Of a DNA stretch of 64,000 nucleotides, positions 22,499-32,694 are shown one piece after another. The DNA comes from an uncultured Chloroflexia bacterium (GTDB lineage Bacteria; Chloroflexota; Chloroflexia; Thermomicrobiales; UBA6265): the NCBI GenBank assembly GCA_963724295.1, contig CAVRUC010000009.1:249133-313132 (forward strand), written 5' to 3'. Both the position numbers and the translations under genes were made by a program. Positions within the stretch are counted from its first letter, which is position 1, and every line of letters begins with the position of its first letter. The notes below the pieces were generated by a model, which did not search any database, was not told the origin of the DNA, and saw only the letters and a list, made by a program, of their open reading frames with translations.

Positions 22499-23551
22499 TT
22501 AAGCGATCTGCCCGAGCTCAGTAAGAATGCCCGTGACGCGCTCCCGCTCCGTGTCGAGGAGGGCGGAGAACTCGTCACCGGACATGGCAAAGTCCTGCCA
22601 GCCGTACTGCTCGCGCGTCTGCGCCCACCCTTCCGAGGCGACCATCTGCTCGACCAGAGCGATGAGGCAGTCCCGACCCTCGTCCGAGATCTCGGGCGGC
22701 GCGACCACCCCGCGCCAGTTCGCCAGCTCGACGTCGATGCCCTGCTCTTGCAGCGTCGGTGCGATGGCCGCGTCCGCACTGGCTACCGGTGTGGCGCCGC
22801 CCGCCTCGTCCCCCGCGGTTCCGGAGACCGCCAGGGCCCGCAGTTCGCCCGATTCGATTTGATCCATCCACTCGCCGACGCCGGAGACACCGGCCGAGAC
22901 TTGCCCGCCAAGGATCGCTGCCAGCGCTTCGCCGCCGCCGGAGAAGGGCACGTAGTTGATCTGGGTAGGATCGACGCCGACAGCCTGGGCGATCAGCCCG
23001 ACGAGGATGTGATCGGTACCACCGGCCGATCCACCTCCCCAGGAAATGGCGGTTGGGTCCGCCTGGAAGGCGGCGATGAGTTCGTCGAGCGTCTGGTACT
23101 CCGAATTGGCCGGGACGACGATGACTTCGAACTCGGCGGTAAGACTGGAGATCGGCGTCGTCTGCTCCAGCGTCACCGGCGAGGCGTTGGCGGCGATGGC
23201 GCCGATCATCACCAGCCCCATCATCATCAGATGGTGGTCGTTGCCAGCTTGGTCGTTGACGAGCTGGGCGATGCCGACGGTGCCGCCAGCGCCTTCGACG
23301 TTATAGACCTCGACCGCCGGCGCGATGCCCTCTTCCTGCAAGACGCGCTGCATCTCGCGAGCCGTGGTGTCCCAACCACCTCCCGGCGCCGCGGGGGCCA
23401 TGATTTCGATCGGGGTGTCGGCGAAGCCTTCGACGGCGCAGTTCGCCTGTGCGGAGACCGGGGCGAGCGGCGCGGAAACAGCGGCGACCGCCGGCGCCAG
23501 AACCATCGCAATGAGGACAAGCAGCAGGGTGCCGAATCGCGGGGATCGCAT
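22499..23551 (-). CDS. tctC: Tripartite tricarboxylate transporter substrate-binding protein
   Basis: Signal peptide, PAAPGGGWD, NVEGAGG, GGSAGGTDH, NWRG. Confidence 0.93.
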   Translation of the reverse strand: MRSPRFGTLLLVLIAMVLAPAVAAVSAPLAPVSAQANCAVEGFADTPIEIMAPAAPGGGWDTTAREMQRVLQEEGIAPAVEVYNVEGAGGTVGIAQLVNDQAGNDHHLMMMGLVMIGAIAANASPVTLEQTTPISSLTAEFEVIVVPANSEYQTLDELIAAFQADPTAISWGGGSAGGTDHILVGLIAQAVGVDPTQINYVPFSGGGEALAAILGGQVSAGVSGVGEWMDQIESGELRALAVSGTAGDEAGGATPVASADAAIAPTLQEQGIDVELANWRGVVAPPEISDEGRDCLIALVEQMVASEGWAQTREQYGWQDFAMSGDEFSALLDTERERVTGILTELGQIA

Positions 23552-23714
23552 CGTCGCTCCTCTCACCGTCAATCACCTCTGATCGCCGGCCGTGGCCCTC
23601 ATCGCGAGGGCTGGGAGTCGGCTTGCTTTGTAGCACATCCGAGGCCAGTGAATGCGGTCATCGCCGTTGCGGCGGAGACCAGTGGCACGTCCGCGCACCC
23701 GAGGAGTGACGTTG

Positions 23715-24284
23715 TCAGGCTTGATGTGCTCGCAGCCACGCCGCCACGTTCGCGGCGTCCGCATCAGGCGGGAAGACCGGATAGAAGACGGTTTCGATTG
23801 CGCCGTCCCTGATGACCAGGGTCAGCCGCTTGATGAGCGTCATGCCATCGACCGCGAAGGTAGGGAGAGCCAGGGCTGTCGCGAGCTCTAATCGCTCGTC
23901 GCTGAGGAGCGGAAAGGGCAGGTGCAGACGTGCCACGGCTTCCCGCTGGTAGGCCGTGTCCTGGGAGCTCAACCCGAAGACGCGTGCGCCCAGGGCCGCG
24001 AGCTCCGCCGCGAGGTCGCGATACGCACACGACTGCGGCGTGCAGCCGCGAGCGCCGGGGATCTCATCCCAGCCGGTCGGCAGGGGCTGATCCGGCCGCC
24101 CAGTGCGGGGATAGACGTAGACCACGCTCCGCCCAGGGAGTGTCGAGAGGTCGACCACTGCGCCATCGGTGGCCGGCAGCGCCAACGCAGGCAGCCGCAT
24201 CCCCGGCAGCTGATCGCAGGCGCCATCGTCGACCGGGACGGGTAGATCGGCCGGCAGGTCCAGCAGATGGCGCGGCTCAGTCAC
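23715..24284 (-). CDS. Peroxiredoxin (BCP/PrxQ-like)
   Basis: YVYPRTG..PGARGCTPQSC; GTG start overlaps the TetR stop. Confidence 0.88.
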   Translation of the reverse strand: MTEPRHLLDLPADLPVPVDDGACDQLPGMRLPALALPATDGAVVDLSTLPGRSVVYVYPRTGRPDQPLPTGWDEIPGARGCTPQSCAYRDLAAELAALGARVFGLSSQDTAYQREAVARLHLPFPLLSDERLELATALALPTFAVDGMTLIKRLTLVIRDGAIETVFYPVFPPDADAANVAAWLRAHQA

Positions 24285-24939
24285 AGGCGGTTTCCTCATC
24301 GGCGGAGCGGTCCCGGTAGGAGATGCCGGTGAACGCCTCCAGTATGCCGCGCACCTGGTCTTCCAGCGGCGGCCAGGGGAATCCCGTCGTACTCCATCGC
24401 AAGTCAACGACCCCATGCAACGCCGACCAGATATCGGTCGCGATGCGGAACGGGTCACCCGGCCGCGCCACCCCAGCCGCGATACAGGCGGTCACACTGT
24501 CGACAAGTGTCTGGAATGCGGCAGCGCCCGAGGTCCCAGCGAACTCAGGGTCTTTGATGTCTGGTCGTGGCGTATTGAACAGCAACTTGTAGGAACCTGG
24601 CTGCTCCACGGCGTAACGGCAGTAGGCGAAACAGCCGGCGAGGAGGCGAGAGGCAGGGTCGTGCCCGGATGCCACTTCGTTTTCGATTGCCCGTAGCAAT
24701 GCCGCGAAGTGCGTGCTCACCACCACGCGCAGCAGATCCTCCTTGCTCGCGAAGTGCAGGTAGACCGACGGCGCCGCGACCCCGGCTTCCCGCGCCACAC
24801 CGCGCAAGGAGATCGAATCGACGTCGTCGTCCGCGGCTAGCAGCCGTCCGGCGGCGGCGATCAGCTCGTCTCGCAGCCGTGCCCCCTCGCCCTGCGGATT
24901 CCGTTCTCGGGTCCGCTCGCCGCTCGTACCCATGATCAT
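24277..24939 (-). CDS. TetR/AcrR regulator with WHG-type C-terminal domain
   Basis: SLRGVAREAGVAAPSVYLHF HTH; WSALHG. Confidence 0.92.
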   Translation of the reverse strand: MIMGTSGERTRERNPQGEGARLRDELIAAAGRLLAADDDVDSISLRGVAREAGVAAPSVYLHFASKEDLLRVVVSTHFAALLRAIENEVASGHDPASRLLAGCFAYCRYAVEQPGSYKLLFNTPRPDIKDPEFAGTSGAAAFQTLVDSVTACIAAGVARPGDPFRIATDIWSALHGVVDLRWSTTGFPWPPLEDQVRGILEAFTGISYRDRSADEETACD

Positions 24940-24975
24940 GCTCTTTCGTGTCGTTACTCGGCTCCAGCCACTGGC

Positions 24976-25027
24976 TTGACGAACTCCCTAACATGCGTTA
25001 GGATAACACAACCTAACAGGCGTTAGT
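24976..25027 (+). promoter_or_regulatory. Sigma70 promoter overlapped by twin TetR-type operators
   Basis: TTGACG(24976)-N17-TAGGAT(24999); palindromes CCTAAC-N4-GTTAGG (24987-25002) and CTAAC-N4-GTTAG (25013-25026). Confidence 0.8.
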
Positions 25028-25098
25028 AACTATTGCCGCCTCTATCCGCCCGGGACAGTGACGGACGACCGCCGTTCTAAAGCGAGCAGGAGTCTCTT

Positions 25099-26073
25099 GT
25101 GGCCACCATATTCGCCCCACTATCCCTCTCGACGCGACGCGAGCTAACCAGCGAAGTCTGGCGACGCAATCCTCCGCTCGCCGCGCTGGTGGTCTCGATG
25201 CTGGTCCTTGCTGCCGTGGCGCTCCTGGGGCTGGTCGTCGATCCACGGGTCATTACCGGTGCCCCCGCGTGGATGAAGCCGCTGAAGTTCGCGATCTCGA
25301 TCGCCATCTATGGCGCGACGCTCCTCTGGCTGCTCACGTTCATCCCGGATCGGCCCCGGCTCGTGGCGGCGATCAGTTGGGGAGTGTTCCTTGCGTTGGG
25401 CATCGAGATGGTGCTCATCGTGATGCAAGTGCTGCGCAACACCACGAGTCACTTCAACCAGGCGACACCCTTCGACGCTGCCGTGTTCAGCACCATGGGC
25501 AGCGTCATCGCTGGACTATGGGTGCTCAATGCCATCGTCGCTTTCCTCCTGGCGCGCCGGCGCTTTGCCGAGGCCCCGATCGTCTGGAGTGTTCGCCTCG
25601 GACTGATCGCCGGTCTGCTCGGGATGGCAGTCGCCGTCTTGATGACTCTTCCCACTCCCGAGCAAGACGCAATGGACGCCGCCACCGGATCGTCATCCAT
25701 CGTCGGCGCGCACTCCGTCGGTGTTGAGGACGGGGGACCGGGCATGCCGGTGGTCGGTTGGAGCACGGAGGGCGGGGATTTGCGGGTGCCGCACTTCGTC
25801 GGTCTGCACGGCCTGCAGGTTCTGCCGCTCCTCGGACTGGCGCTGGTGCGCTTTGGTCCTGCTTGGCTGCCCATGCGGGACCGCTCGCGGCTGATTGGTG
25901 TCGCGGCGGCGTTCTGGATCGCCTTGACATTTCTCCTCGCCTGGCAAGCGCTACGGGAGCAACCACTGATCGCACCTGATGCCCTGACGCTGTTGGCCCT
26001 TGGTCTGCTGGTCGCGACGACCGCGGGCGTTACCGGCGTGGTGCTGGCACGGGCACGCAGAGCGGGCGCCTGA
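25099..26073 (+). CDS. Conserved multi-pass membrane protein of unknown function
   Basis: ~8 TM helices with WMKPLKF, SHFN, GDLRVPHFVGLHGLQ; SD AGGAG. Confidence 0.8.
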   Translation: MATIFAPLSLSTRRELTSEVWRRNPPLAALVVSMLVLAAVALLGLVVDPRVITGAPAWMKPLKFAISIAIYGATLLWLLTFIPDRPRLVAAISWGVFLALGIEMVLIVMQVLRNTTSHFNQATPFDAAVFSTMGSVIAGLWVLNAIVAFLLARRRFAEAPIVWSVRLGLIAGLLGMAVAVLMTLPTPEQDAMDAATGSSSIVGAHSVGVEDGGPGMPVVGWSTEGGDLRVPHFVGLHGLQVLPLLGLALVRFGPAWLPMRDRSRLIGVAAAFWIALTFLLAWQALREQPLIAPDALTLLALGLLVATTAGVTGVVLARARRAGA

Positions 26074-26091
26074 GGGTCAGAAGACCGTGAT

Positions 26092-26692
26092 TCACGCCCG
26101 CGGTTGGTCGGTACTCTCGCTCACCCGTTTCGCCATCAGAATGTCTGGCTTGCCTGGGCCGTTGGCATCCGGGATCAACCCCACGACCTCGAACCCTATG
26201 CGCAGGTAGAAACCTGCCGGGTGGTCGGCAACCCGCAGGTTCGCCGCGTGGGAGAGCACGTCCGGAAAGAGCTCGACGCCGCCGGCGCTCGTTCCGGGGG
26301 TCGGACCATCATCGTCCGTGCCGAGGTAGAGCGTCAGCCCGCCTGCCACCCGGACGCGTTCCTCGAGCGCCATCACCAAGCGCCCGTCCGACTCCCGTGC
26401 CACGGGCGTCCGCTTTCACTACCAGGGGATGGAGCTCCCAGGCGTGACTGTACTCTGGAATGGCGCCAACCCAGCCAAGGATCTCATCATGAGCTCGCGC
26501 GACGAGGCAGATGCGCTCAGACCCCAGCGCTTCCATGACCTCTTCCCGCGCCAGCTCCAGGGTGGGTAGCCAATGCGGGAAAGCGTCGACCAGCATCGCG
26601 GAGGCCTCGTCGATCGCGGCTGTGTCACCGGCTCGCAGCGCGTCAATGACGAATCGAGGCTGCTTCACATCAGAATCGGCAGCGATGCTCAC
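26092..26692 (-). CDS. Aminoglycoside 6'-N-acetyltransferase-like GNAT (AAC(6')-Ia/Ii family); frameshift near 26377
   Basis: Joined frames: GWVGAIPEY..AWELHPLVV...G.GRAL / LYLGTDD...HP..FY..GF..VG.IPDANG.GKPDILMAK. Confidence 0.8.
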
Positions 26693-27354
26693 GACGCCGG
26701 GCTGCGCTGCTCCCGTGCCCAGTCGCTAACCGCCTGAAACCAGTCCGGGCTAAGCGCCGTCCGGCTCTCGGCCAGGAAGCGTGTCAGTGCCTCGCTGGTC
26801 AAGGCGGGTAGGGCAAGGCTGTGAGATGACTCTCGATACCTGTTCCGTTCCCAATCGAGAATGAAGATAGACACCCGCTGACCGTCGCAACGCCAAACTT
26901 CCGGGATGCTCATGCTGGCGAGCAGCGGTAACTTATCGCGCGCCGACCGGCTCATTTCCATTTCCAACACGACATCAGGCGGCGGGTCGACGCTGAGGTC
27001 GACCTCTCGCCGATCGCGCACGCGTGGTTCATTCTGAATGTAGAAGCTGGCGTCAGGCTCAAACCCTCGCTCCAGATCGTGGCGTCGGTAGGTCGTCGAG
27101 GCAGTACTTCGAATCGGAATGCCAAGGACAGCCGTCACAATATCGACGATCCGGGTAATGGCCGCGGCGTCAACTTCGTGCGGCATTGATGGAGTCACGA
27201 GCTCCAACACCCCCCGATCGTATGTCATGCGAGGAACTCGCCGCTCTTCATCGTCGCTGAGCAGGCGCTCGTAGGTCTCCCAGCTGACGCAGTCCAGGAC
27301 GACGCAATCGTCTGCCTCGACGCGAGGTGGACTAGCGACTGGTGCTGAGCTCAT
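26689..27354 (-). CDS. Uma2/DUF820 family nuclease-fold protein
   Basis: SWETYE, RMTYDRGVLE, EPDASFY, PPPDVVLE, IPEVW. Confidence 0.9.
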   Translation of the reverse strand: MSSAPVASPPRVEADDCVVLDCVSWETYERLLSDDEERRVPRMTYDRGVLELVTPSMPHEVDAAAITRIVDIVTAVLGIPIRSTASTTYRRHDLERGFEPDASFYIQNEPRVRDRREVDLSVDPPPDVVLEMEMSRSARDKLPLLASMSIPEVWRCDGQRVSIFILDWERNRYRESSHSLALPALTSEALTRFLAESRTALSPDWFQAVSDWAREQRSPAS

Positions 27355-27370
27355 GAGAGCTATTTCCTCG

Positions 27371-28687
27371 CTAACGGTCTACGGATCCGAGCACGATGTC
27401 GATCGTCCCGATGAGGGCGACGACGTCGGCCAGCATCGACCCGTTGGCCATGTAGGGCAGGACGCTCAGGTTCACGAAGTCTGGGGCGCGGATGCGGAAG
27501 CGGTACGGCAGCGGCGAGCCGTCGGAGACGATGTAGTAGCCGAGCTCCCCCTTTGGTCCCTCGACCGCGACATAGACTTCGCCGACAGGCGGGCTGAATC
27601 CCTTGATGACCCAGATGAAGTGACGCTGCATGTCTTCGGCGGTCGTCATCGTCCCCTTGTGCGGCGGGATGACGTACTCTGAATCCCACTCCATCAGCTC
27701 CGTGTCCATCCGCTCGCACTGGTCGAGCGCCTGGGTAATGATCTTGATCGTCTGCCGCATCTCTTCCATGCGGACCAGGTAGCGGTCGTAGGTGTCCCCG
27801 TGCTGTCCCAGCGGTACCTCGAAATCGAGGCGGTCGTAGACGCAGTAGGGCATCGCTTTACGGATGTCGTAGTTCACACCCGAGCCACGCAGGCAGGCTC
27901 CTGTCAGCGAGTAGTTGATCGCGGCATCGGCCGGAATCACCCCCACACCCTTGGTGCGCGCCATCCAGATCGGGTTTGCCGAGAGCAGATCCGCGTACTC
28001 CTGCTGGCGCTCGGGAAAGATCTGCAGGAAGTCGCGCACCATACCGGGAAGGTTTTCAGGGATCGGTCGCGAGAACCCGCCGATCTCCATCATGTTCGTC
28101 GTCAACCGGGCGCCACAGAAGGCTTCGAATAGATCGAGGATCAGCTCGCGCTCGCGGAAGCAGTAGAGCGACATCGAGAGCGCGCCGATGTCGAGGGCGT
28201 GCGTCCCGAGCCAGACTAGGTGGGAGGCGATACGCGCTAGCTCCGACATGATCACGCGCCAGTACTGCGCGCGCTCCGGCGCGGTGACGCCGCACAGCTT
28301 TTCAATCGCCAGCACGCAGCCCAGGTTGTTCATCGGCGCGGCGACGTAGTCGGTGCGGTCGGTCCAGGGGATGATCTGGGCGTAGCGGTGATGCTCGCCC
28401 AGCTTCTCCGTGCCCCGGTGCAGGTAGCCGATGACCGGGTCGCAATCGACGATCAGCTCGCCGTCGAGCTTCAGCACGACCCGCAGCACACCGTGGGTGC
28501 TGGGGTGCTGCGGCCCCATGTTGAGGGTCATCAGACGCTCGCCGGTCTGCAGCGCGACATCGTCCTCGATGGTCAGCGGGCCCATCGACTGCGCGTCCGA
28601 GCTGAAAACCGCGCCGGCTTCGTATGGAGCCGGGAGATCGCGGCCGCTGGCGGCGTCGGAGGTTGGGAGTGAGGTATTGGTGCTCAT
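27371..28687 (-). CDS. nuoD: NADH-quinone oxidoreductase subunit D
   Basis: NMGPQHPSTHGVLR, GYLHRG.EK, EGPKGELG, DIVLGSVDR. Confidence 0.97.
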   Translation of the reverse strand: MSTNTSLPTSDAASGRDLPAPYEAGAVFSSDAQSMGPLTIEDDVALQTGERLMTLNMGPQHPSTHGVLRVVLKLDGELIVDCDPVIGYLHRGTEKLGEHHRYAQIIPWTDRTDYVAAPMNNLGCVLAIEKLCGVTAPERAQYWRVIMSELARIASHLVWLGTHALDIGALSMSLYCFRERELILDLFEAFCGARLTTNMMEIGGFSRPIPENLPGMVRDFLQIFPERQQEYADLLSANPIWMARTKGVGVIPADAAINYSLTGACLRGSGVNYDIRKAMPYCVYDRLDFEVPLGQHGDTYDRYLVRMEEMRQTIKIITQALDQCERMDTELMEWDSEYVIPPHKGTMTTAEDMQRHFIWVIKGFSPPVGEVYVAVEGPKGELGYYIVSDGSPLPYRFRIRAPDFVNLSVLPYMANGSMLADVVALIGTIDIVLGSVDR

Positions 28688-29422
28688 TCAGGAGACTCCT
28701 CGGCCTGTCCAGCGGGTGCGGACGCGGCCGACGGTTCGTTCGGTGTTGAAAACCGGGAACTCGCGCCAGCCGCGCAGCGGGTAGTCCTTGCGCAGCGGGT
28801 GACCTTCGTCCCAGTCGTCGGGCAGCAGCATGCGCTTCATGTTCGGGTGCCCTTCGAACGTAATCCCGAACATGTCGTAGCACTCGCGCTCCATCCAGTT
28901 GGCGCCGTTCCAGATCGGCACCAGCGATGGCACCGGTTCCCCGTCGTCGACGCCGGTCTTGAGGCGCAGCCGGGTGCGGTTCGGCAGCGAGTAGAGATGC
29001 GCCACCACGTCGAAGCGCGGGTTCTCACGCAACCGCAGCATATCGACCGCGGTCAGGTCGCTCAGAAAATTGAGCTTTACCCGTGGCTCGTCTTTCAGGA
29101 AGAGGCAAATCGTGCGCCACTGCTCGCGCTTGACATGAATCGTGGTCTCGTCTCGAAAGCGGACCGCATCGACGATCGCGTCCGCGAACGCGGCACGCAG
29201 CACCATGAGGGCCGGGTGGGCCTCGATATCCTCATGAAACCAGCGACCGCGCGACCAGGCGTCCTCGTCGAGGAGGGCTTCCTTCATCCCCTCGACGTCG
29301 CTGACTGGAGCGGATGCTTCCGCCGCGTCGGGAGATTCCCTGGCAATGGCGGCCGCTTCGGCTGCCTCCCTCGAGTCGGGTTGCGCCAGCCCTGAATCAG
29401 GCTCCATCGGTTTGTCTGTCAC
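28688..29422 (-). CDS. nuoC: NADH-quinone oxidoreductase subunit C
   Basis: ANWMERECYDMFGI.F.GHP, GHPLRKDYPL. Confidence 0.96.
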   Translation of the reverse strand: MTDKPMEPDSGLAQPDSREAAEAAAIARESPDAAEASAPVSDVEGMKEALLDEDAWSRGRWFHEDIEAHPALMVLRAAFADAIVDAVRFRDETTIHVKREQWRTICLFLKDEPRVKLNFLSDLTAVDMLRLRENPRFDVVAHLYSLPNRTRLRLKTGVDDGEPVPSLVPIWNGANWMERECYDMFGITFEGHPNMKRMLLPDDWDEGHPLRKDYPLRGWREFPVFNTERTVGRVRTRWTGRGVS

Positions 29423-29449
29423 GCGCGTGGTGTCCTCGTGCCGGTGTGT

Positions 29450-30022
29450 TTAGACCCCGGGTTGGGCGGGAACGGCGTCGAGAGCTCCCATGGCTGCCTG
29501 CCGTTCGGCGCGGCGATTTTCCTCGGCGGCGACGACCCCTTGCTTGCGGGCCATCGTCTCGTACTTGATCACCTTGTTCTGCAGCTCCAGGACGCCGTAA
29601 TAGAGCGCCTCCGGCGTCGGTGGACATCCCGGAACGTAGATGTCGACCGGAATGACCTGATCGACGCCCTGGACCACGGCGTACGTGTCGTACGGACCAC
29701 CAACGTTCGCGCACGACCCCATCGAGATCACCCACTTCGGTTCGGGCATCTGATCGTAGAGCGTGCGTATCACGGGGGCCATCTTCTTGGTCACCGTGCC
29801 GGCGATGAACATCATGTCCGCTTGCCGCGGCGAGGCGCGATAGAGCATGCCGAAGCGCTCGGCCAGGTCGAACCTGGACATCGACGCGGCGATCATCTCG
29901 ATCGCGCAGCAGGCCAGACCGAACTGCAGCCACCACAGGGACGAGCGCCGCGCCCAGTTGAAGAGAAAATCGAGCGAAGTAATGAAGATATTCTTGTCGT
30001 ACCGATCGTGAATCAGACCCAC
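29450..30022 (-). CDS. nuoB: NADH-quinone oxidoreductase subunit B
   Basis: [28 protein letters not shown]. Confidence 0.97.
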   Translation of the reverse strand: MGLIHDRYDKNIFITSLDFLFNWARRSSLWWLQFGLACCAIEMIAASMSRFDLAERFGMLYRASPRQADMMFIAGTVTKKMAPVIRTLYDQMPEPKWVISMGSCANVGGPYDTYAVVQGVDQVIPVDIYVPGCPPTPEALYYGVLELQNKVIKYETMARKQGVVAAEENRRAERQAAMGALDAVPAQPGV

Positions 30023-30414
30023 TCCAGGGCCCCTTTCCTCCAGGCGTAGATATACCCAACGAACAGCAACGCGATGAAGACCAGCATCTCCACGAATCCG
30101 AAGAGTCCGAGCTCCGTGAAGAGCACGGCCCACGGGAAGAGGAAGATCGCCTCGATGTCGAAGATCACGAAGAGCATCGCCACGATGTAGAAGCGCGCCG
30201 TGTACCGCGCCTGCACCGGGGTCACGTTTGGCAAGCCGCTCTCATAGGGTGCCGCCTTCATCCAGCTTGGTTTCTGCGGGGCGACGATCCAGTTCAGGAT
30301 CAGCAGGGTCATCCCCATGGCGAACGCCGCCGTCAACATCAGAGCGATGATGACCCAGTTGGAGCCGAATGTCTCGATGCTCACGAGCTCGCGGTTCCCT
30401 TCAATCGGGATCAA
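30013..30414 (-). CDS. nuoA: NADH-quinone oxidoreductase subunit A
   Basis: [27 protein letters not shown]; start may be GTG at 30384. Confidence 0.95.
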   Translation of the reverse strand: MIPIEGNRELVSIETFGSNWVIIALMLTAAFAMGMTLLILNWIVAPQKPSWMKAAPYESGLPNVTPVQARYTARFYIVAMLFVIFDIEAIFLFPWAVLFTELGLFGFVEMLVFIALLFVGYIYAWRKGALEWV

Positions 30415-31942
30415 TCAGACGAGCGGCCGCCAGGAAGGCGGCCGGATCAACAAGCGAATTTTACCACGGTTGGCTCGGTTTCCGGCGGCGGAACGAGGCC
30501 CATTAGCCGATGCGCACCGCCTCTTCCGGGAAGCGGTAGCGCTCGGGATGCTGGTGTCGCTGCAGGGCGTAGACCGCTGATCAGCGGACCGAGGTGCCCA
30601 ACGAGCATCGATGCGCAGAGGATGAATTTGCCGGCGGCGGTGAGGGTCGGCGTGATGCCGGTGGAAAGCTCCCACAGTTGCCAGCGCGCTCATCGCCTCG
30701 AACATCAGGTTGAACATGCCCGTCTCCCGGTGTCCAACATGGTGCTCGGCGATCGGCGAGCGAGACCACGACCAGACCGAAGATCAGGAGAAACAACGCG
30801 ATGACCGTTACGGCGCGAAAAATCAGGGGCGTGGCGATGCGCCGTCCCCAGACCTGAGTCTCGGTATTGCCGCGCAAGCTCGAGCAACAGCGGCGAGGAC
30901 GACGCCGACCGTATTGAGTCGGACACCTCCGGCCGTCGATCCGGACGCGCCGCCAATGAACATCAGTCCCAGCCAGAAGAAGAGCGTCAGCGGGTTGACA
31001 GACTGCCCAGTCGACGGACGTGAAGCCAGCCTCCGGGCAGAGACGCTCTGGAAGAGCGAGGCCAGCAACTTTAGATCCGAGCGCGTGCCCGCCAGCGCCC
31101 CGCCCCATTCAGCTGCCAGAAAGACAATGCGTGCCCGCCGCCAGAAGCACGCCGTTCAATGTCAGCACGATCTTGGAGTCGAGCACCAGCGACCGCCACG
31201 ACCGTTTCCGTGCCACATCGGCGAAAACCATGTACGAGAGTGCACCAAACTGAATCAAGCCGATGAACACGAGATTGACCCAGACGTCGGTTGCTGCTGG
31301 TCGAATCGATTGATAGCTCCACCGTGAAGATCAAAGCCGGCATTGCAGAATGCCGAAACCGCGTAGAACAGACCGTTCCAGAGCGCATTGAGCGGTCGCA
31401 AGCCGCCGGCCGTGCCAAACCAGACGGCGAGCGCGCCGCGCCGATGATCTCGACAACGAATGTGAAACGCACGATCCGCCCGGCAAGAAATGACGGCCTC
31501 TTGAATCGAGAGGGCTGGTGCGCCGTCTTTGAGCAAGAGCTCGTCGCGCAGGGTGTACGCACCGGCGCCGCGGCGTAGCATCTGCAGCAGAATACTGGCG
31601 CCAACCATGAAGCCAAGCCCCCCGATCTGCGTCAGGACGAGGATCACGAACTGTCCGGACCAGTTCCAGTGTTCGAGCGTATCGACCACCGATAAGCCCA
31701 GTGACGGATCGCTGCCGAAACGGACGGTGAAAAAGGCATCGACCAACGGAGTCGGTTGGCCGGAACTGGTGACCCACGGCAGCGCCAGGAACACCGTGCC
31801 CATCAGCGATATGAAGATCAGACCTGAAACAAAGAGTTGCGCATGACGCCGCGCGTTCGTGCGTGACTCTGGATCGACGCTGCGGTCGCGAGTAGATTGG
31901 GGACCCGCCTGGTTGGGGTACGCGTCTTCGCGTGTTGACCAT
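30415..31942 (-). CDS. trkH: TrkH/KtrB potassium uptake membrane protein, broken by several frameshifts
   Basis: Fragments in different frames: LTQIGGLGFM, AVSAFCNAGF, LMFIGGASGSTAGGVR, FEAMSALATVG. Confidence 0.8.
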
Positions 31943-32626
31943 CAAGGCGCTAACTGTCCGCGAACGCGTCGATCGCTTCATCGAGACCCGCGACCAGGAT
32001 GGTGTTCCCTTCATGCAACATTTCGTCGCCTGCTGGGCGCGGTAAGAGGAGATCACTCCGCTGGATGAGGATGATGCTCACGCCGGGTCTGGCCAGTTTC
32101 GATCTGAGTAACCGTCTGGCCAACAACAGAGCGGGGGACTTCCATGCGCGCGACCCCGCAGGTTTGGGACAGGTTCATATACGCAACGAGATGCCGGATC
32201 TCCAGCGAATGGGCAACTTGATCCCCGGCTTCACTCTCGGGGAAGACGATCCGGTCTGCTCCCAGCTTGGTCAGGATCTCGCCATGGATGTCGGTTTCCG
32301 CCTTGGCGATGACCCAGGGGACGCCGATGCGCTTCAGGATCAGGGTGCAGCTGATGCTCGCCTCGATGTTCTGACCCTGGCCAACGACTGCGACCTCGGA
32401 GCGATCGACCCCAAGCGACAAAAGCGCCTTCTCGTCAGAGCCATCGGCCTGGGCGGCAAGCGTGGCGTAATCGGCCGCCTCGGCGACGCGACTCTCAGTC
32501 GATATCAATTGCGGTAACGTCGTAACCAAGCTCGTGGCTAACACGCGCCACGCTACTGCCAAACCGGCCCAGACCGATGACAGCGACGCGTTTTCGTGAC
32601 GCCTCCTGGCGATTTCCCCCAAACAT
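31942..32626 (-). CDS. trkA: TrkA/KtrA potassium uptake regulatory subunit, frameshifted
   Basis: VAVIGLGRFG at start; ADGSDE..L..LGV, VIAKA, LGADRIVFPE. Confidence 0.85.
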
Positions 32627-32694
32627 GCCGATCCCTTCCCGATCGCCGCGTTTGCTTACATCCCTGGCAGAGCTGGTCGTCAGCCGACACCCAT

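Noticed and set aside
26689..27354. Uma2 gene as part of a defence or mobile system
   Set aside because: Solitary, with no methylase, helicase, toxin partner or terminal repeats; such genes are commonly scattered in soil bacteria
27371..30022. nuoBCD as a group 4 [NiFe] hydrogenase
   Set aside because: NuoD lacks the Ni-binding CxxC motifs and has the complex I quinone-site HGVLR and GYLHR motifs; NuoB has the tandem CC
30415..32626. Programmed frameshifting or phase variation in trkAH
   Set aside because: Too many shifts, without consistent slippery sites or long homopolymers; sequencing error is simpler
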